Assembly: GCF_963853765.1 (NCBI RefSeq)
Contig: NC_088861.1
Coordinates: 14,260,001 to 14,324,000 of the forward strand
Reading direction: 5' to 3'
Source of the DNA: Magallana gigas
Taxonomy: Eukaryota
Length of the DNA: 64,000 nt
The notes below the pieces were generated by a model, which saw only the letters and a list, made by a program, of their open reading frames with translations, searched no databases and was not told where the DNA came from. How positions within the stretch are numbered: the first letter of the stretch is position 1; the number at the start of each line of letters is the position of its first letter. Below, piece by piece: positions 50,567 to 64,000 of the stretch. Made by a program: the position numbers and the translations under genes.

Positions 50567-52261
50567 CGCGGTTATGTGAATGTAACTTTAAGCAAGTTAC
50601 TTTACTCTACTTGTGCATTCTCTCTCCATCCATGCAAGAGGTGTCTTTGTTTGGTCGGACAGAGAGCTAAGTGAGTAATCCTAATTTTAATGTTTGCGGT
50701 TCGGAGATATCTAGTAGATTTCTATCGCCTACTTTGCAGCTAGCAAGTAGACGCTGGAGATATCCTGGATCAGTTCTGGAGGTAGGAAACGAATACACCT
50801 TAGGAGTTAGTATGGGTACCTAGTATAAAATAAGAGCTGAATATGTGAATGAAAAGCAATAGCACCATAATTTGACTGTTCTGGTTGTTTGTTCCCAAGA
50901 TGATTGAGGATGCTAAGGATTGTACTGGTTATGTCAGGAGGTAATATGCACAAGTCGTACGAAGTAATTTACGTTGCGAGCAAGACTATAAACCCATACT
51001 TTTACCTTTATACAGTTTGATTTTATGAAATACCGGTAATGTTTATTATAAGTGTAAATTTACATTTCCCTTTCAATTTATTTGAACAGATGACACAAAC
51101 TTTTTTCTATGTCTTGAATGACAGTAATATTTTAAAGTTTTTTCTATCTTTAACCAATGTTGTTGTTTATTTTACATTAACATTATTTATATATGTATCA
51201 TGTAATTGCTTAAAGGGATCAAACTATTTTTGTAACTAAAATTATTATTTCATATATACTAAAGGATAATAAATTAAATTTTGCTGATCACGAAAATGCA
51301 TTTTTATCAAGTAAACTGTTATATAATACGTGTCTGTAATCAAAGAAGAGAGATTTTGTTGATGTGTTGATTTGATTCCCTTTTATGAACTAAACAGCAG
51401 GTGATATACATAGATTGCATGGTCAAATATATCAAAGGACATATTCTCATTCTACTTTGGAACATATACAAACACTTTGTGGTTTGAAGTGATTTCCCAT
51501 TTCTGCATTTATGGAATTTTAAACCGAATGGATATGCGCTTAAATTAAGTATGATACTTGGTCAAAATATTTATAACATATGTGAAAATGCATATTGTAA
51601 TACATTGATACTTTAAAAGATCAAATCAATCAGTATTTATTAAGGTTCTGAATGCCGAACATACATACAATGAATACTTGCCAACCTGTCCAGTTTTTTT
51701 TTTTTTTTTTTTTTGAAAACCTCTTTTTTTTTCGTTACTGTTATAGGAAAATTCGTACCTTTCACACAACTGTGCATAAGGTACATGTATTTATTTACTA
51801 ACTGTATCTGCAAAAATAATACTTTAGTGAAAAAAATGTGCCACAATCTGTCATTTTTGTGATCGAAAAATCTGTTTTTTACGGAAAACCTATTTCGACT
51901 CTTTTTTTGAGAACTGTAATTTAATATTTGAAAGGATTTGCTTTTACCCCGGCTAGCCTAGCCGTATAATACTAGAGAACTTTAAATACATCCAGGGTTG
52001 CTTATCGAACCTAATGTGTAAAACGTATTTAAGAGCAAGAGCACACGATTACATGTATCTGAAACTTTCTATGCATGAAAAGATTGTTTTAACAGATATC
52101 AACAGTTCAAGAACACAAATTCAAAACAAATCTGCAATGCATAGGAAACTAGCAAAACAGTTTTTCAGTGCTACATTCATTGCTGTGTTCCATCACGTAA
52201 ACGAGAGTCTAGTGTACCATATTCAAGGTTGGTAATTGTCCGTTAAATTACATAACACAAC

Positions 52262-53241
52262 GACATATAGAATTTACGCAGGGGTGTTAAGGAAGCATAT
52301 GGACAATTTAGCGTCTTATTTTGACTGTTATATTCAAAATCGTGAAATTAAATAAATATTTTGAATAAGATCAAAAACTTAGTATTATCCTTCAAAACAG
52401 ATGTCCATGCAATAAAATCGGGTAGTACATTACTGCCACATTGGTACATTATCACGTGACAACTATGAATAGCTTACGTATATTCCTTAACGTAAAATGT
52501 GATAGAACAACACTACCCCGCGGTTTCTAAAATAAAATAAACATACCAAGTGAAGGCAAATCATCTCAGTTTAATCAAAACCGCTGCTAGAGTTCTATGT
52601 TCTTCTTAATTAAATAGTTATTCATCCGGCTCTCGTAAAACCTTCCCAACTTTTATACGTTTGCACGGAAAACGGTATGTTCCATTAAAACAACACAAAA
52701 TATGGGATTCTAGCAGGATTTTTCAAATAAAGCATTGATCAAACTAACGATACGTATAAAATTTCAAGTTCAATATATACGGGGTAGTGTTGTTCTAGGC
52801 GGATTTTTATATCGTAAACAACGACAGAGGAAAGCCTGGCCGATAAATAAAAGCAAATTTACATACCTTTTAGCGAATGATTTATGAAACTAACTTCTTT
52901 TCCAGTATTCTTATGTTCAATTCTCAATAAATCACACCACAATACTTTATTAGAGTTCTTAGATTAGTTATATTTTGACTCTGTTTACAATGCTTTCCGA
53001 TCAAATTCACACGACATTCAACTTTAAGTCATGACGTCATCAATGTGTAAATCTACGTAATACAAACTAATTTCTGAAGAAAAAAATTGTCTTCAGTATT
53101 TTTTATAAGTTTTTGGTCTACGTTTCGTTGCTTAGATATTTGAATAGGTACATAATTAGTAAGATTTGTGATTTCACGGAATAACATGTAACTCAGATTC
53201 AATGTGCTTCCTTAACACCCCCGCGTAAATCCATAGGTGTC
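52262..53241. mobile_element. Fold-back / MITE-like element with nested inverted repeats
   Basis: Outer IR gacatatagaatttacgcaggggtgttaaggaagca (52262-52300) vs 53202-53241. Inner IR tagaacaacactaccccg (~52503 vs ~52780-52797). Superfamily not determined. Confidence 0.5.
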
Positions 53242-55633
53242 TGTATCATTTTTTAATATTAGACTTGTAAAATCAATCCTCAAGTATACCATGTACATGG
53301 TGATACTTCAAAATCTTTAAGTAAGCAAAGAAATCATTGCTGTCATATTGGCATGTACGAGGGTCAATCAAAAAAATACGAACACTTTTGTTAAATTTAG
53401 TAGACATAATTTGGCAATAGTTTCAAACAATTTGAAATCCAAAAATGTTATATGTTCCTTTATTTTTTAGAATTCTTCAGAATCTAATCCTGCAAAAATG
53501 AGGTCACTGCGCAAGGTCCAAATTTGTGTTATGTCAACAATAAACCATACTACGTTGAAAGTAATATCTCTATGAATTGGTCTTAAATTTTAATAATATC
53601 AAAACTTTGAGTTATGAATTGTCATGATATTCTATGTAACAAATAACGACGGGATGTATAGTTTTGATGAACAGATTTCAGTAACTAAAGACGGATAGTC
53701 CTCTTTAAGATTGACTAAAAACTTTGACGTCGCCGGCATTACGGCGCAACGAAAAGTATCAACTGTATGGATTTAACTCGGGAAAAATAGAAACAAACTG
53801 TGAAAATATTCAATGGTGGGAAAAATAAGTCAAAAATTATTAACACGTCAAAACAAAATAAACAACGTCATCTGAAGTTCAGGTTTGTTCCTACAGTAAA
53901 CAAAGAGACATGCAGTAAAAAATGAAAACTTCCGGGAACTTACTTATGATTCTAGATCAAATGTCAACAAATTAGATGTCAAGTGATATAGAGCCGATTT
54001 CAATTGTATGGGGAAAAGCACAAAAAAAAACCCAGGGTCTTAAAAAGATTGGGTATTTCTATTAAATATGCATGCGTCATCTTGACGTCATTTTTTAACG
54101 TTACCGAGCGCCGTGGTGACGAAACATTTTTTTTTAAATCACGAAAAAAATATATATATTATGAAAAAAAAATATGAAAGGCATACTTGCCGGATTCCGT
54201 AGGTAATGTCGATTTTGGTAAACTTGGTTGTAATTCATTTGACAGAAATATAATATCTACATAGATGCACATGTAAAAGAGATGTTCCTATTTTCTGTCA
54301 CAAAAATCAACAAACATATTATTAAAGATATGGTTTTGGTCGTATTTAGACTGTAGTGATCTTCTTTAAAGAAGAGATTTTTGTCAAATTATAGGAAACA
54401 ACCCAAAATTTAATAATATAAAGTATATGGATTTTTTCTTAAGTAAATTATCGTTTATAGCTTATAATTTATATCTTAAAATTGTAAACAAAAAAAAAAT
54501 CTGGTGGTTAATTTGATGACCACCCAGCCCCTTTAACAATCAAAGATGATGGAATGCAGAGGTGTTCTTTTATATTTCTGGATGCTCTGCATTATCAAAA
54601 CTATAAGCTAAACTCATATGCATAATCGTGAAACAAATATTAAGTATATTGTCAATCTACTTCAACAATTAATAAAACCGTTTAACTGTTAACGACCCCC
54701 CTCCCCCCCCCCTCGAAAAAGAAATAAAAATGTGTTATTTTATCTCATGTGAAGTTAAATTGGCATACTGGTTATTAATCAAAACGTTAGACAAACAAAT
54801 AAAAACAAATCAGTAGAGCTACGCATATAAATGATAAAGCTGATTGTCGGATATATCTGATTTAACTGACATCACATGTTCCTGTGAGGTTTTTGACCAA
54901 AGCAAGCATAGATCTACAGGTTTTGTCAGTAAAACATGGGCGATGTCCAATGCATGGAGTTTGAAGTCTTATTTGTATAGTTAAATCCGACTGTTTAAAA
55001 ACGTTCCATATTTTGTTTTACATAATTAACAATAATTTAAATTCAATGAGGAATTTGATACCATATCTGCATCTGGATATGTTCAAATTATTTTTGCAAT
55101 GTATAGTGACATTAACGAGGCCGGGTCTAATTAGTTCTGCCCTAGATTTTTTAATGAAATTTTTTACCTGAATTTCTAATGATATAATTATTATTTTAAG
55201 ATTAAAAAATAAGACATTTACCACACCGTTTGTTTAGGGGGTCATCTCGAATTTTGTTAATCTTTAACATAGGACCCTATGGGATTTCGCTTGAAATGTA
55301 TCAATTTTGCACATATTTTTAAACTTCTGCCCTAGGGATTTCCTTTTCTGTTCTACATATTAAAGTTATTGCTAAAAGGCATCAAATGGTCAAATAAAAA
55401 AAACCTTACATCCTGGTTTGTTCCAGGGGTCTTATCAAAGTTGATTTTTGTATGCCCAATTTCCCAGATTTGTCAGATAATGGCTATTTTTTATTTGAGA
55501 AAGGCGGAAAAGGCGATCTTTATAGTATTATTAAAGCATTCAGACATATTTAAGTAATAAAATAATATGTAACATCACATTTTAACGGTCATTAATATAA
55601 AATACACGGTTACTGTCTTGAAATATATGAATT

Positions 55634-55724
55634 AAGCTATATTTAGGCGGGTTAAGAAAACGTGACAGAGGGTTAGGCCTGCTGAACCCTCTTCACGTTT
55701 TCGACCCGAGCCCAAATATAGCTT
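55634..55724. repeat. 91-bp imperfect palindrome
   Basis: aagctatattt..gaaaacgtga.agagggtt / aaccctcttcacgttttc..aaatatagctt. Confidence 0.8.
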
Positions 55725-56007
55725 ATACTTCGAGACAGTTATGTTTATTTCACAATATAACATTATTTTTACGCATCAAACGAGATATTTTCAACAATTT
55801 TCGCTGAATATCTGCAGTTGAAACTATCACGCCATGGCGTCAACCAAGCAAAAAGATGACGTCACAATACAATTAAAGGCTGCGCGAAAGCGTGCGTACT
55901 CGTTCTGTACTCGGCCTCGTTAAAAGACTTCTGTTTTCCATGGCTTTGGGTTTTCATCCTGTTTTTACATTACAATGACATTTTCAACTAACATATTGTA
56001 AATATCT

Positions 56008-56143
56008 NNNNNNNNNNNNNNNNNNNNNNNNNNNNNNNNNNNNNNNNNNNNNNNNNNNNNNNNNNNNNNNNNNNNNNNNNNNNNNNNNNNNNNNNNNNNN
56101 NNNNNNNNNNNNNNNNNNNNNNNNNNNNNNNNNNNNNNNNNNN
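56008..56143. other. Assembly gap (N run)
   Basis: 136 N. Confidence 1.
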
Positions 56144-56490
56144 GACAAGAACAATAGATATTATCTATTGTCTGTGTCGTTAGCCAATTTTGGTGCTTTA
56201 TATATTCAGTTTACAGGCTAAGTATCTATCTTTTAGATCCAACACTTTAACTTCTTTTTATATTTGTTCAAACAATAATCCATTCATTGTATAAATACAT
56301 ATAAAATAGTGACATGCAGTCACATTCAGATGACAGAATTATTGCATGAATTGCGTAATATTGTCTTTGGGAAGGAAGCTTATATAAAATGAAGGAAAAA
56401 GGATATGTTTGATTTGTTCACACAAAAAATTTTATGTTGGGGAAAATTTATTTTTAAAAATTCCTATCATAGTGATAAAAATGTGAAGAA

Positions 56491-56786
56491 ATGTACTCTA
56501 GGTTTAATGTGTATAATTCCCTTTTTCTTTGCTTCGTCTGTGCATTCTTTTGTGTACAGCTCTCAGAACAGAACACCATCAGGTAAATCATAGTTTAACT
56601 TGTTACAGTCTACAAGTTTTCCAACGATTTTTTGTTTCTATTTACATGATGACTAATTGTGATTTATATTATTATATTATTATATTATATCATTACAGAT
56701 CCAGTACAAATACAAACACTAAAGAGTGCAAAACCTGGAACGAAACTTTGCATAAATCCTCCCTTCCTGTATCCTTCCTGATGTAA
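56491..56786 (+). pseudogene. Truncated paralog of the 8750 gene: signal exon plus exon 2 fused to Tc1 sequence
   Basis: Exon 56491-56582 (MYSRFNVYNSLFLCFVCAFFCVQLSEQNTI, phase 2). Exon from 56699 (SSTNTNTKECKTWNETLHK) runs at ~56765 into the middle of the Tc1 element and stops at 56786. Confidence 0.65.
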
Positions 56787-57319
56787 CCTTCGCCTCACAG
56801 TTCTCTTGGACAAACGCGTTCCTTCATTTCTATTGAATGTTGATGTTATATCTTGTAAAGATTGCCTACGATTTGTTTTAACAATGCGATAAAGTTTCCG
56901 ATCCCCCCTCACATCTATCATTCGCGGCCTTCTACTTCGGGATCGTTTTCAACACTTCCCTTTTGAAAGAATTTGTTTCAAAATACGTCCGACTGTACTG
57001 CGGTGTATCCCCAATAATTCACTTACTTTGTTGTTGTTAAATCTCTTTGCATTTAATATTATGATCCGTTCATTTAAATCTGTTGACAGTTCTCGCTTTT
57101 TCTTCGACATTGTTTACATTAGTTTCTGCACCGGATATCGTCTGCATATGGGAACCAGAAACGGTTCCTAATATAAAATATACCCCATATAATTCACACC
57201 CCGGATACCATGCCCCGAATATGCCTCGTTACGCGTCAGCATTTAAAAATAAAATTTGAAGCGAGCAGAGTTGTCATGACGTCAGTCATATTTGTTGCAA
57301 TACTTTTGGCCACTCAGTG
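56766..57319 (-). mobile_element. Truncated second copy of the Tc1 element
   Basis: Near-identical to 18981-19539, with the same TIR, TA and downstream flank. The other half is deleted. Confidence 0.9.
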
Positions 57320-57792
57320 TACATGTAATAATTTATACAAAATACGCATACAAGAAAAGAACAATGGCTTTTTAATCGCTTAGAAAAGCTGTAGAACTGT
57401 GCCGATACAGGCTTATTTTGAACATTTAAAAATCCGAAAAAATATGAAGGGGGGTTCAATTGCCAACATCCCCCTTCACTGTGCCTTTGAAAACACAACC
57501 TTGATTCTCTGCTCTCAAAAACGATTGAATGTAACGAAAAAAAAACAACAACAAAAAACCGAGTTTATTATAATTTGTTAATTAAAACAAATATTCACAG
57601 GAATTTGTCGAAAAGTAAAATCACTACTACGTCACTAAAATTAAATATTCAGATTCAGCACGAGGGAAACAAGAATTTCCTTTTATAAAGTAAATACTAA
57701 TAGTGATAAACTGATTGATGCGTCGTTTTTTTTATTTACGGACGATAGAGAGCGTATCACTTTGACAACACATTCCAAGACAAATTTTAGAT

Positions 57793-59679
57793 ATGACGGC
57801 ACAAAACAGAATTTGTGTGTGTGTTCTCATTTTTACTGGTCGAGTCTTGTTGTCAGTTAGACTATCATCACAAACACCAGGAAGGTAGTTCATTCAGTTC
57901 ATTTAGCTATACTGGCTTTTTCTGACAATCATTTCTTCTGTTGTATTACATACAATATATTTTTTAATCTCATATTTCTTTTGTCTTTTTCGGAATGTCA
58001 ATTAGTTTTCAACACTCTGAATTTACAGTATTGAAGATTACACCATTGGAATACAGTGCAAGACTTGGGATGCTTCTTTTAGTAAATGCAAAGGTCAGGG
58101 GGGAAATCTTACTTGCAATTTGAAACTGCTTTGTTAATTGTTCTGTTTTAGTTTTTTGTCAGCTTTGACACATGTATAAAAATATTGTTCTTTTGTTTTC
58201 TTTACATCAAACATACAATAAATCTCCAGCTTCGTTTAATTATTTTAAATTTAGAAATTTTTAAATTTGATCATTTCCTTTTCTCAGAGTGTCATAGTGG
58301 ATTTTTGGGATTAAATTGCATGCCATGTCGCTACCCTAGCTATGGAAGGGACTGTCAAAAAGAGTGTAACTGTAATGAAACTTTCTGCAACCCACCGACT
58401 GGATGTGAAGGTATGTTTAAACAATTTTAATGGTTTACAAAATAAGTTATTCTTTAAACACTTATATAACTGAAAACAAAATTTTATCATTCAGATGGAT
58501 CACCTACATTGCAACCGAAATCGACCTCAGCTGTCATTGCACAGATCTCTGTTACTCGGATAATGACTTTGAAAACAAGTAAATATCACATTTTTGAATG
58601 GTTATGGAATATCTTAATATCTTATATCTTTATACTTTAACATCTTAAAATGTAGCTGCAGCGTGTTCTGTCGGTTTCTTTGGAATTAGCTGCGATAAAC
58701 CGTGTCGATATCCTTCATTTGGATTCCATTGCCAGTCAGAGTGTAGTTGCAGTGAGGAAAATTGCAACCACGTAGTAGGTTGTAACGGTAAGTTAGTGTT
58801 TTCTTTAGCTGTGTGTAATTTTTAATATATGTTGTGTTTGATTTTATTCTTATATGTATTGAAACGACAGCATGCGTTCTAAAAAATTGTTATTTAATTC
58901 AATGTAAAATCATTCTTTGTCGAAATAAAATTAATGCATTTTAAACAGAAAAATAATAATCTACATCTTTATCTTTATCAACAAATAAAAAAATAAAACA
59001 TTTTTATAACATCACATTATTTTTCATTTAATCGTCATCTGACGCATAGCTGTATATATTGCGACTCAGTTTTGGGATCAAATAGGCGTTGACATTATAA
59101 TGAAAATAAAAACAATTTGTTTATGGCGCGGTTAAACATAGACATGTATATCACGATTATTTGATCACAAGGAATTTATGTTATTCCAAAACAGTTATAC
59201 AATTGTGTTATATTAATAAATTTGACTTTATATTTGTACATTTCTAGACATCTTGTCCTGGTCTCACATATTGTTGCATGTTACAAAAGAGAATGTCACA
59301 ATGACAGGGAAAAAATTAGCATTACATCATATCATAGTTATTTTTTCCGCTAATTTATTATCATTAAGTGGATTTTTTTAAACAAATCTTATTTTAGAAA
59401 AAAAAAAAGATTCATATTATCGCGCGATCAGATGCAAACATTTGCATTAGATCAAAGCTTTGTGCACATCACTTGATTATTCATGCAGTTTACTATTATT
59501 ATATATTAGGTCAGTGTTATTATGTTAATGTCTTAGTAACGTTAAAACCATTTATTTTAGAGTCATTTACATTTTGTAACTCCGAAGAAGGTCACAAATT
59601 ACTAGTACACAATACTTGTGCAGTCTCTCCCTCCATGCCAAGGTGTATTTGTTGGTCGGATGGAGAGCTGCAAGAGTAA
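57793..59679 (+). CDS. Compact two-EGF gene A2, predicted secreted (TM-less), ~202 aa
   Basis: Exons 57793-57884, 58029-58093, 58288-58410, 58495-58578, 58662-58787 and 59561-59679 (ESFTFCNSEEGHKLLVHNTCAVSPSMPRCICWSDGELQE*). Confidence 0.8.
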
Positions 59680-60485
59680 TCTTAATTTGCTCGTTTGCGG
59701 TTTGGAAATTAAAAAAAAACAAATCAACAGAAAACACATTTTAATAGATAAAAAGATACTGTTTGAGTATTTTCTGTAAGTTGTATCAAAATTGCTAAAT
59801 ACATTTTCCAATCCTTTGCTAAAATGGTAAAACAAGGCAAATTTAAAATCTTGGTGTATGTATTTTCAAACATTAAGAGTACATATAAATTATTTTGTGG
59901 GACAAGTTTGCGTGGATTTTATTTCATTTTCATGCTTATAAAAACAAAACGTCCATAAACGCTTAACATGGAGAAAAAAAACTTCGAATGGTGGTAAAGA
60001 AATCAAAGAGTTTATATCACTGTGTTACAGTGCCTCGTAATGAGAAGTGTTCAGCTTTAAATAATGGAATTTATCCCTACATATGTGGACATGTATTATT
60101 GATTAATAAGATGAATTTGTGATTCTTGTGTATTGTGTTTGTCATTTTTTTTTTAATTAAAGGTTGGCTTTAAATAAAAGATCAATTTATTTCTCTCCTC
60201 TTAGTTACCAAAGATAATTTATAATAAAGATAAAACAAAATATGTTATAGATTGTTGATTAAAACATATATTGATAAAACTTTATTGAAAAGCAAAATTA
60301 CAAATCGGTCACGTTACTTAAACGGTCCGTGGTTTGGATAAAAACACGACGTCATTATTAATTTCCTTTTAAAAAGGAAACAGCAATTTTGGTAAAATCA
60401 CTGATGTGTCGTTTAGAATTTATGCGTGTTTTTACGAACGATCAAGTACTTTTTAGTAAGAAAATTTCTTGGACAAATGTTAAAG

Positions 60486-62170
60486 ATGGCGGCACAGAAG
60501 GGAGTTTATGTTCTTCTTAGTATCGGTCGCGTCTTGTTGTTTGTTGGACTATCAAGACAAACACCAGTAAGGTACCTCGTTCAGTTCATGTAATTTCTTA
60601 CAATCATTTCTTTTGTTATTAACAGACTTTTTTTCCTAATGTCTTTTTTTGTCTTTTAGAAATGTCAATATGTTTTGAACCCTCTAATTTTACAGTGTTC
60701 AAGATTTAAACACTGGAATACACTGTAAGACTTGGGATGCTCTTCTCAGTATATGTAAAGGTCAGGGAGAAAATCTTACTTTCAATATGAAACTCTTCTA
60801 AAAGTTTTTTTGTTTTGGGTTTTGTTTAATTACATTTAAGTTGAATTTGTAAATGTTTACATTCTATTTCCTATATAACCTAACTTTAAATTTTTTAATT
60901 CCTATTTCCTATTTTTACCTCTTTTTAGAGTGTCATAATGGATATTTTGGATTCAATTGCACACTCCAATGTCGCTACTCTAATTTTGGAAGCGCGTGTC
61001 AAGATAAGTGTAACTGTAATAAAACTTTCTGCAATCCATCGAGAGGATGTGAAGGTGTGTTTAAACAATTTTAATGGTTCACAAAACAATTTATTCTTTA
61101 AAAACTTGCATTATAGAAAAACATACATTTTATATTCAGATGGATCACCTACATTACAACCGAAATCAACCTCAACTGTGATTGAAAAGATCTCCGTAAC
61201 TCCGATAATAACTTTGAAAACGAGTAAATATTCTATTTTTGAATGGTTATGGAATAACTTTAAATAGCTATATTTTAATATTTAAATACGTTTTAAATGT
61301 AGCTGCAGCTTGCTCTGTCGGTTTCTTTGGAAGTAGCTGCGATATACCCTGTCGATATCCTTCATTTGGATTCCATTGCCAGTCAGAGTGTATTTGCAGT
61401 GAGGAAAATTGTAACCACATAGTAGGTTGTAATGGTAAGTTAGTGTCTGCTTAAGTTGTGTGAAATTTTTAATATATGTTGTGTTTGATTTTATTCTCAT
61501 ACGTATAGATAGACAGAATTTGTTGACCTTTAATGGGAAATAAAAAACAGTCTATCGTTAGCCCGGTTAGAACATCGACATATGGAGCGTATCATGATTA
61601 TTTGATCTACAGGGATTTGAAGTTATTCCAGAAAGAGTGATACAATTTTGTCTATTAATGAGTTTTATACATTTCTAAACAGCTCGTCCTGGTCTCACAT
61701 ATTGTTGCATGTTACAAAAAGGAAAGTAACACGGACAGGGAAATGAATTGCACTATATGATAGTTTTTTCAGCTCTATGATTATTAAGTATTTTTTTACA
61801 ACACAAATCTTTTTTTTTTAGAGAAAAAAAAATTAAACATTTTATCGCTCGATCTGATACAGATATTATATTTTGTATTTGTACAATTTGAAAGCTTTGT
61901 GCCTTTTTAAACATCATTTGATTCTTTATTAAGTTTACTGTTTATTGTGATATATATGGTCAATGCTATTATTTTAATGCCTTGGTACCGTCAAATTATT
62001 TTATTTTAGAGACGTCTACACTCTGTAAGTCCGAGGAAGGACACAAATCACCAGCTTTGATGTACATTACTGTGGTGTTAAGTGTTTGGGCGATTCTTCA
62101 AATCAGCATCTATCTATATTTAGTATTGCATTCCTCGTCGGCAATCTATTTTGATATAAGTTATTCGTAA
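60486..62170 (+). CDS. Compact two-EGF type I membrane protein gene B2, ~215 aa
   Basis: Exons 60486-60571, 60696-60760, 60929-61054, 61140-61223, 61309-61434 and 62010-62170. All 8 Cys are present in both EGF exons. Confidence 0.85.
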
Positions 62171-64000
62171 CAAAAAACTATGACGTTCCCTTGTTTCAAA
62201 TTATGTAATTCCATTTTGTGTATATCAAGTTTTGCATGGCGTGGTTAAAACACTCCTATTAGTAGTTTGTAATGATTACTTAAGTCAAAAGAACTCTAGA
62301 TTAAGGTATTCCATATTCTTTACAGTTGAAGTGTTCTTTGGGGAAATATTAATGTTACTTAGTTATTGGTATCCAAGGCGACTTGTCCCCTTGGTATTGG
62401 AAAATAGATGCAGATTGTATTTTGTCCTAACTGTTATATGTATTCTGTCTCATACTTTAACCTTCCTTTAGACTATGATAAAGTACATAATTCATTACCG
62501 CCAGACAAAAGACTTTGCCCAGAAAGACTTATTATGAACACGTTCTTTAGAAAATCAATTTGAAAAAAATGTGGTTTTATTAGAGTTGCGTTTTTAGTTT
62601 GTTTTTTTATGTGCACTTTCTGTAATTAAACTATCAGCTTGGTTGTGATGTGAAAGCTGATGTAATTTCATTTTAACGTTTACTAAAATTACTTACGATA
62701 CAATATATATTTATGTAGATATAGGAAATGAATGGTAATCTAACCTAACACAAAAAAATTGTTTACTTAGTATGATATTTTGTGTTATAAAACAGTCAAA
62801 AATCATTTTCATAGTTATTTCACAAAAAATCATTTTCAGTTCTAATTGATAAGCAGTGAGGAAAATGTATTTTCCGTTATTGAATTCTTGATGAAAATTC
62901 ACAAGTTAAGGTAATGTGTAGCTTACCTGAGACAATGTGGTTTTTATATGCTGTCTGTTGTTATTGTCATCATAACTTTCGTGTCTTGACCTTGTACATT
63001 TGTATTAATTTTTTATGTTGCCAATTTTCCAGGAAAGATCATTTTAGTTCATCGAAAAAACATTCCAATTCCGCTCTATTTCACAAAACCTGCAGTTTTT
63101 TTGGTATTCATTAGGCATTGTATTATCGCCGCATTTCATAACAATGTAAAATGTGCTAGACATATTGTTTTGTAATGTTTTGCAATTTGGAATTATTAAT
63201 AAGGAATATTTCTTTCACAATTTCACAGTTCAAATGTAGTTTTCGTACATCAGCTCCTTTTTTGGGAACATAACAATTGTTGACATATTGTAAGCAATAA
63301 AAGCCAGAATATATAGTGATATACCTACATTGTAAAATATAGCTTTAAAAACTATTTAGAAAACTAAAACAAGTAGTAAACTTTGTCCGTTTCTGAATCT
63401 TTAATTACACAATTTTACAAATCGTATATTGGATTTGAATCTATAAAAAACATTTAATATTTTAATAATTCACAACAGCGATTGTACGAATAACTGCATT
63501 TCCCAACTATATTCATTGCAATTTTTTTTGAGTGACAAATATTAACCTATGCATATGGAATTTAATTCTTTCATTCTTTTCAAAAGCATAAATAAAATCA
63601 TAAAATAATCACACTTTTGACAAAATGTATAGTGTAGGTGTTGGCGCTTTCGATAGCGTTGAATGATTTAAATACGGTAACCCCAGATGTGTCCATATCG
63701 ATATATATCGCGGTAACATGATTGTAACCTTAAACAACCTACTTTGCTCTACTTGTACATTCTCTCCATCCATGCAAGAGGTGTATTCGTTTGGTCGGAT
63801 AGAGAGCTCCAAGAGTAATCCTAATTTGAATGTTTGCGGTTTGGATATATCTGGTAGATCTCTATCTCCTACTTTGCAGCTAGCATGTAGACTATGGAAA
63901 TATCATGGATCAGTTCTGAAGGTAGGATACAAATACACACCTTAGGAGATAATATGGGTACCTTACACAAAAGAACAGATGAGTATGTGAATGTAAAGCA

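Larger units (their letters stand above)
56766..64000 (+). repeat. Segmental duplication of ~18981-27150 (Tc1 half, A gene, B gene, downstream flank)
   Basis: Colinear and near-identical by eye, except for the Kolobok insert (absent here) and scattered SNPs and indels. It runs to the window end. Confidence 0.92.

Noticed and set aside
53300-54540. Isolated transposon-like ends (tacgagggtc at ~53377; cagcccctttaa at ~54525)
   Set aside because: No matching partner terminus or TSD was found, so the boundaries cannot be supported.

Overview
AT-rich eukaryotic (animal) genomic scaffold with GT-AG introns and two N gaps; gene family and transposon content are consistent with a bivalve mollusc such as an oyster (inference, not proven). 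Most of the short six-frame ORFs are noise; real genes were rebuilt by hand from splice sites and reading phase. The window is a cluster of genes built from 123-132 nt, phase 1-1, 8-Cys EGF-like exons (MEGF10/CED-1/SCARF-like module). It contains the 3' end of one membrane gene (250-3984), the 5' part of a second (8750-13676), and an array of six compact ~200-260 aa genes arranged as three A+B doublets (20.0-25.3, 36.6-49.3, 57.8-62.2 kb). Each compact gene has signal peptide, 2-Cys exon, EGF1, S/T linker, EGF2 and a TM exon. Two A copies have lost the TM segment through a ~1.7 kb deletion and appear to encode secreted forms. The third A copy gained an extra EGF exon and a frameshifting 19-nt micro-exon that could switch it between membrane and soluble products. 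Sitting in the array is a full-length ~6.0 kb ISL2EU (PHIS/Harbinger-group) DNA transposon with TIRs, encoding a THAP-DDE transposase and a convergent SWIM-YqaJ exonuclease-PHD finger protein, each with a single 1-nt frameshift in a G4 run. Other mobile DNA includes Tc1/mariner derivatives, TTAA-targeting Kolobok-like elements (one with a matching empty site in the duplicate), and two inverted copies of a 2.4 kb CACAG-ended non-autonomous element carrying a tRNA-like Pol III segment. No CRISPR, rRNA or intact tRNA was found.
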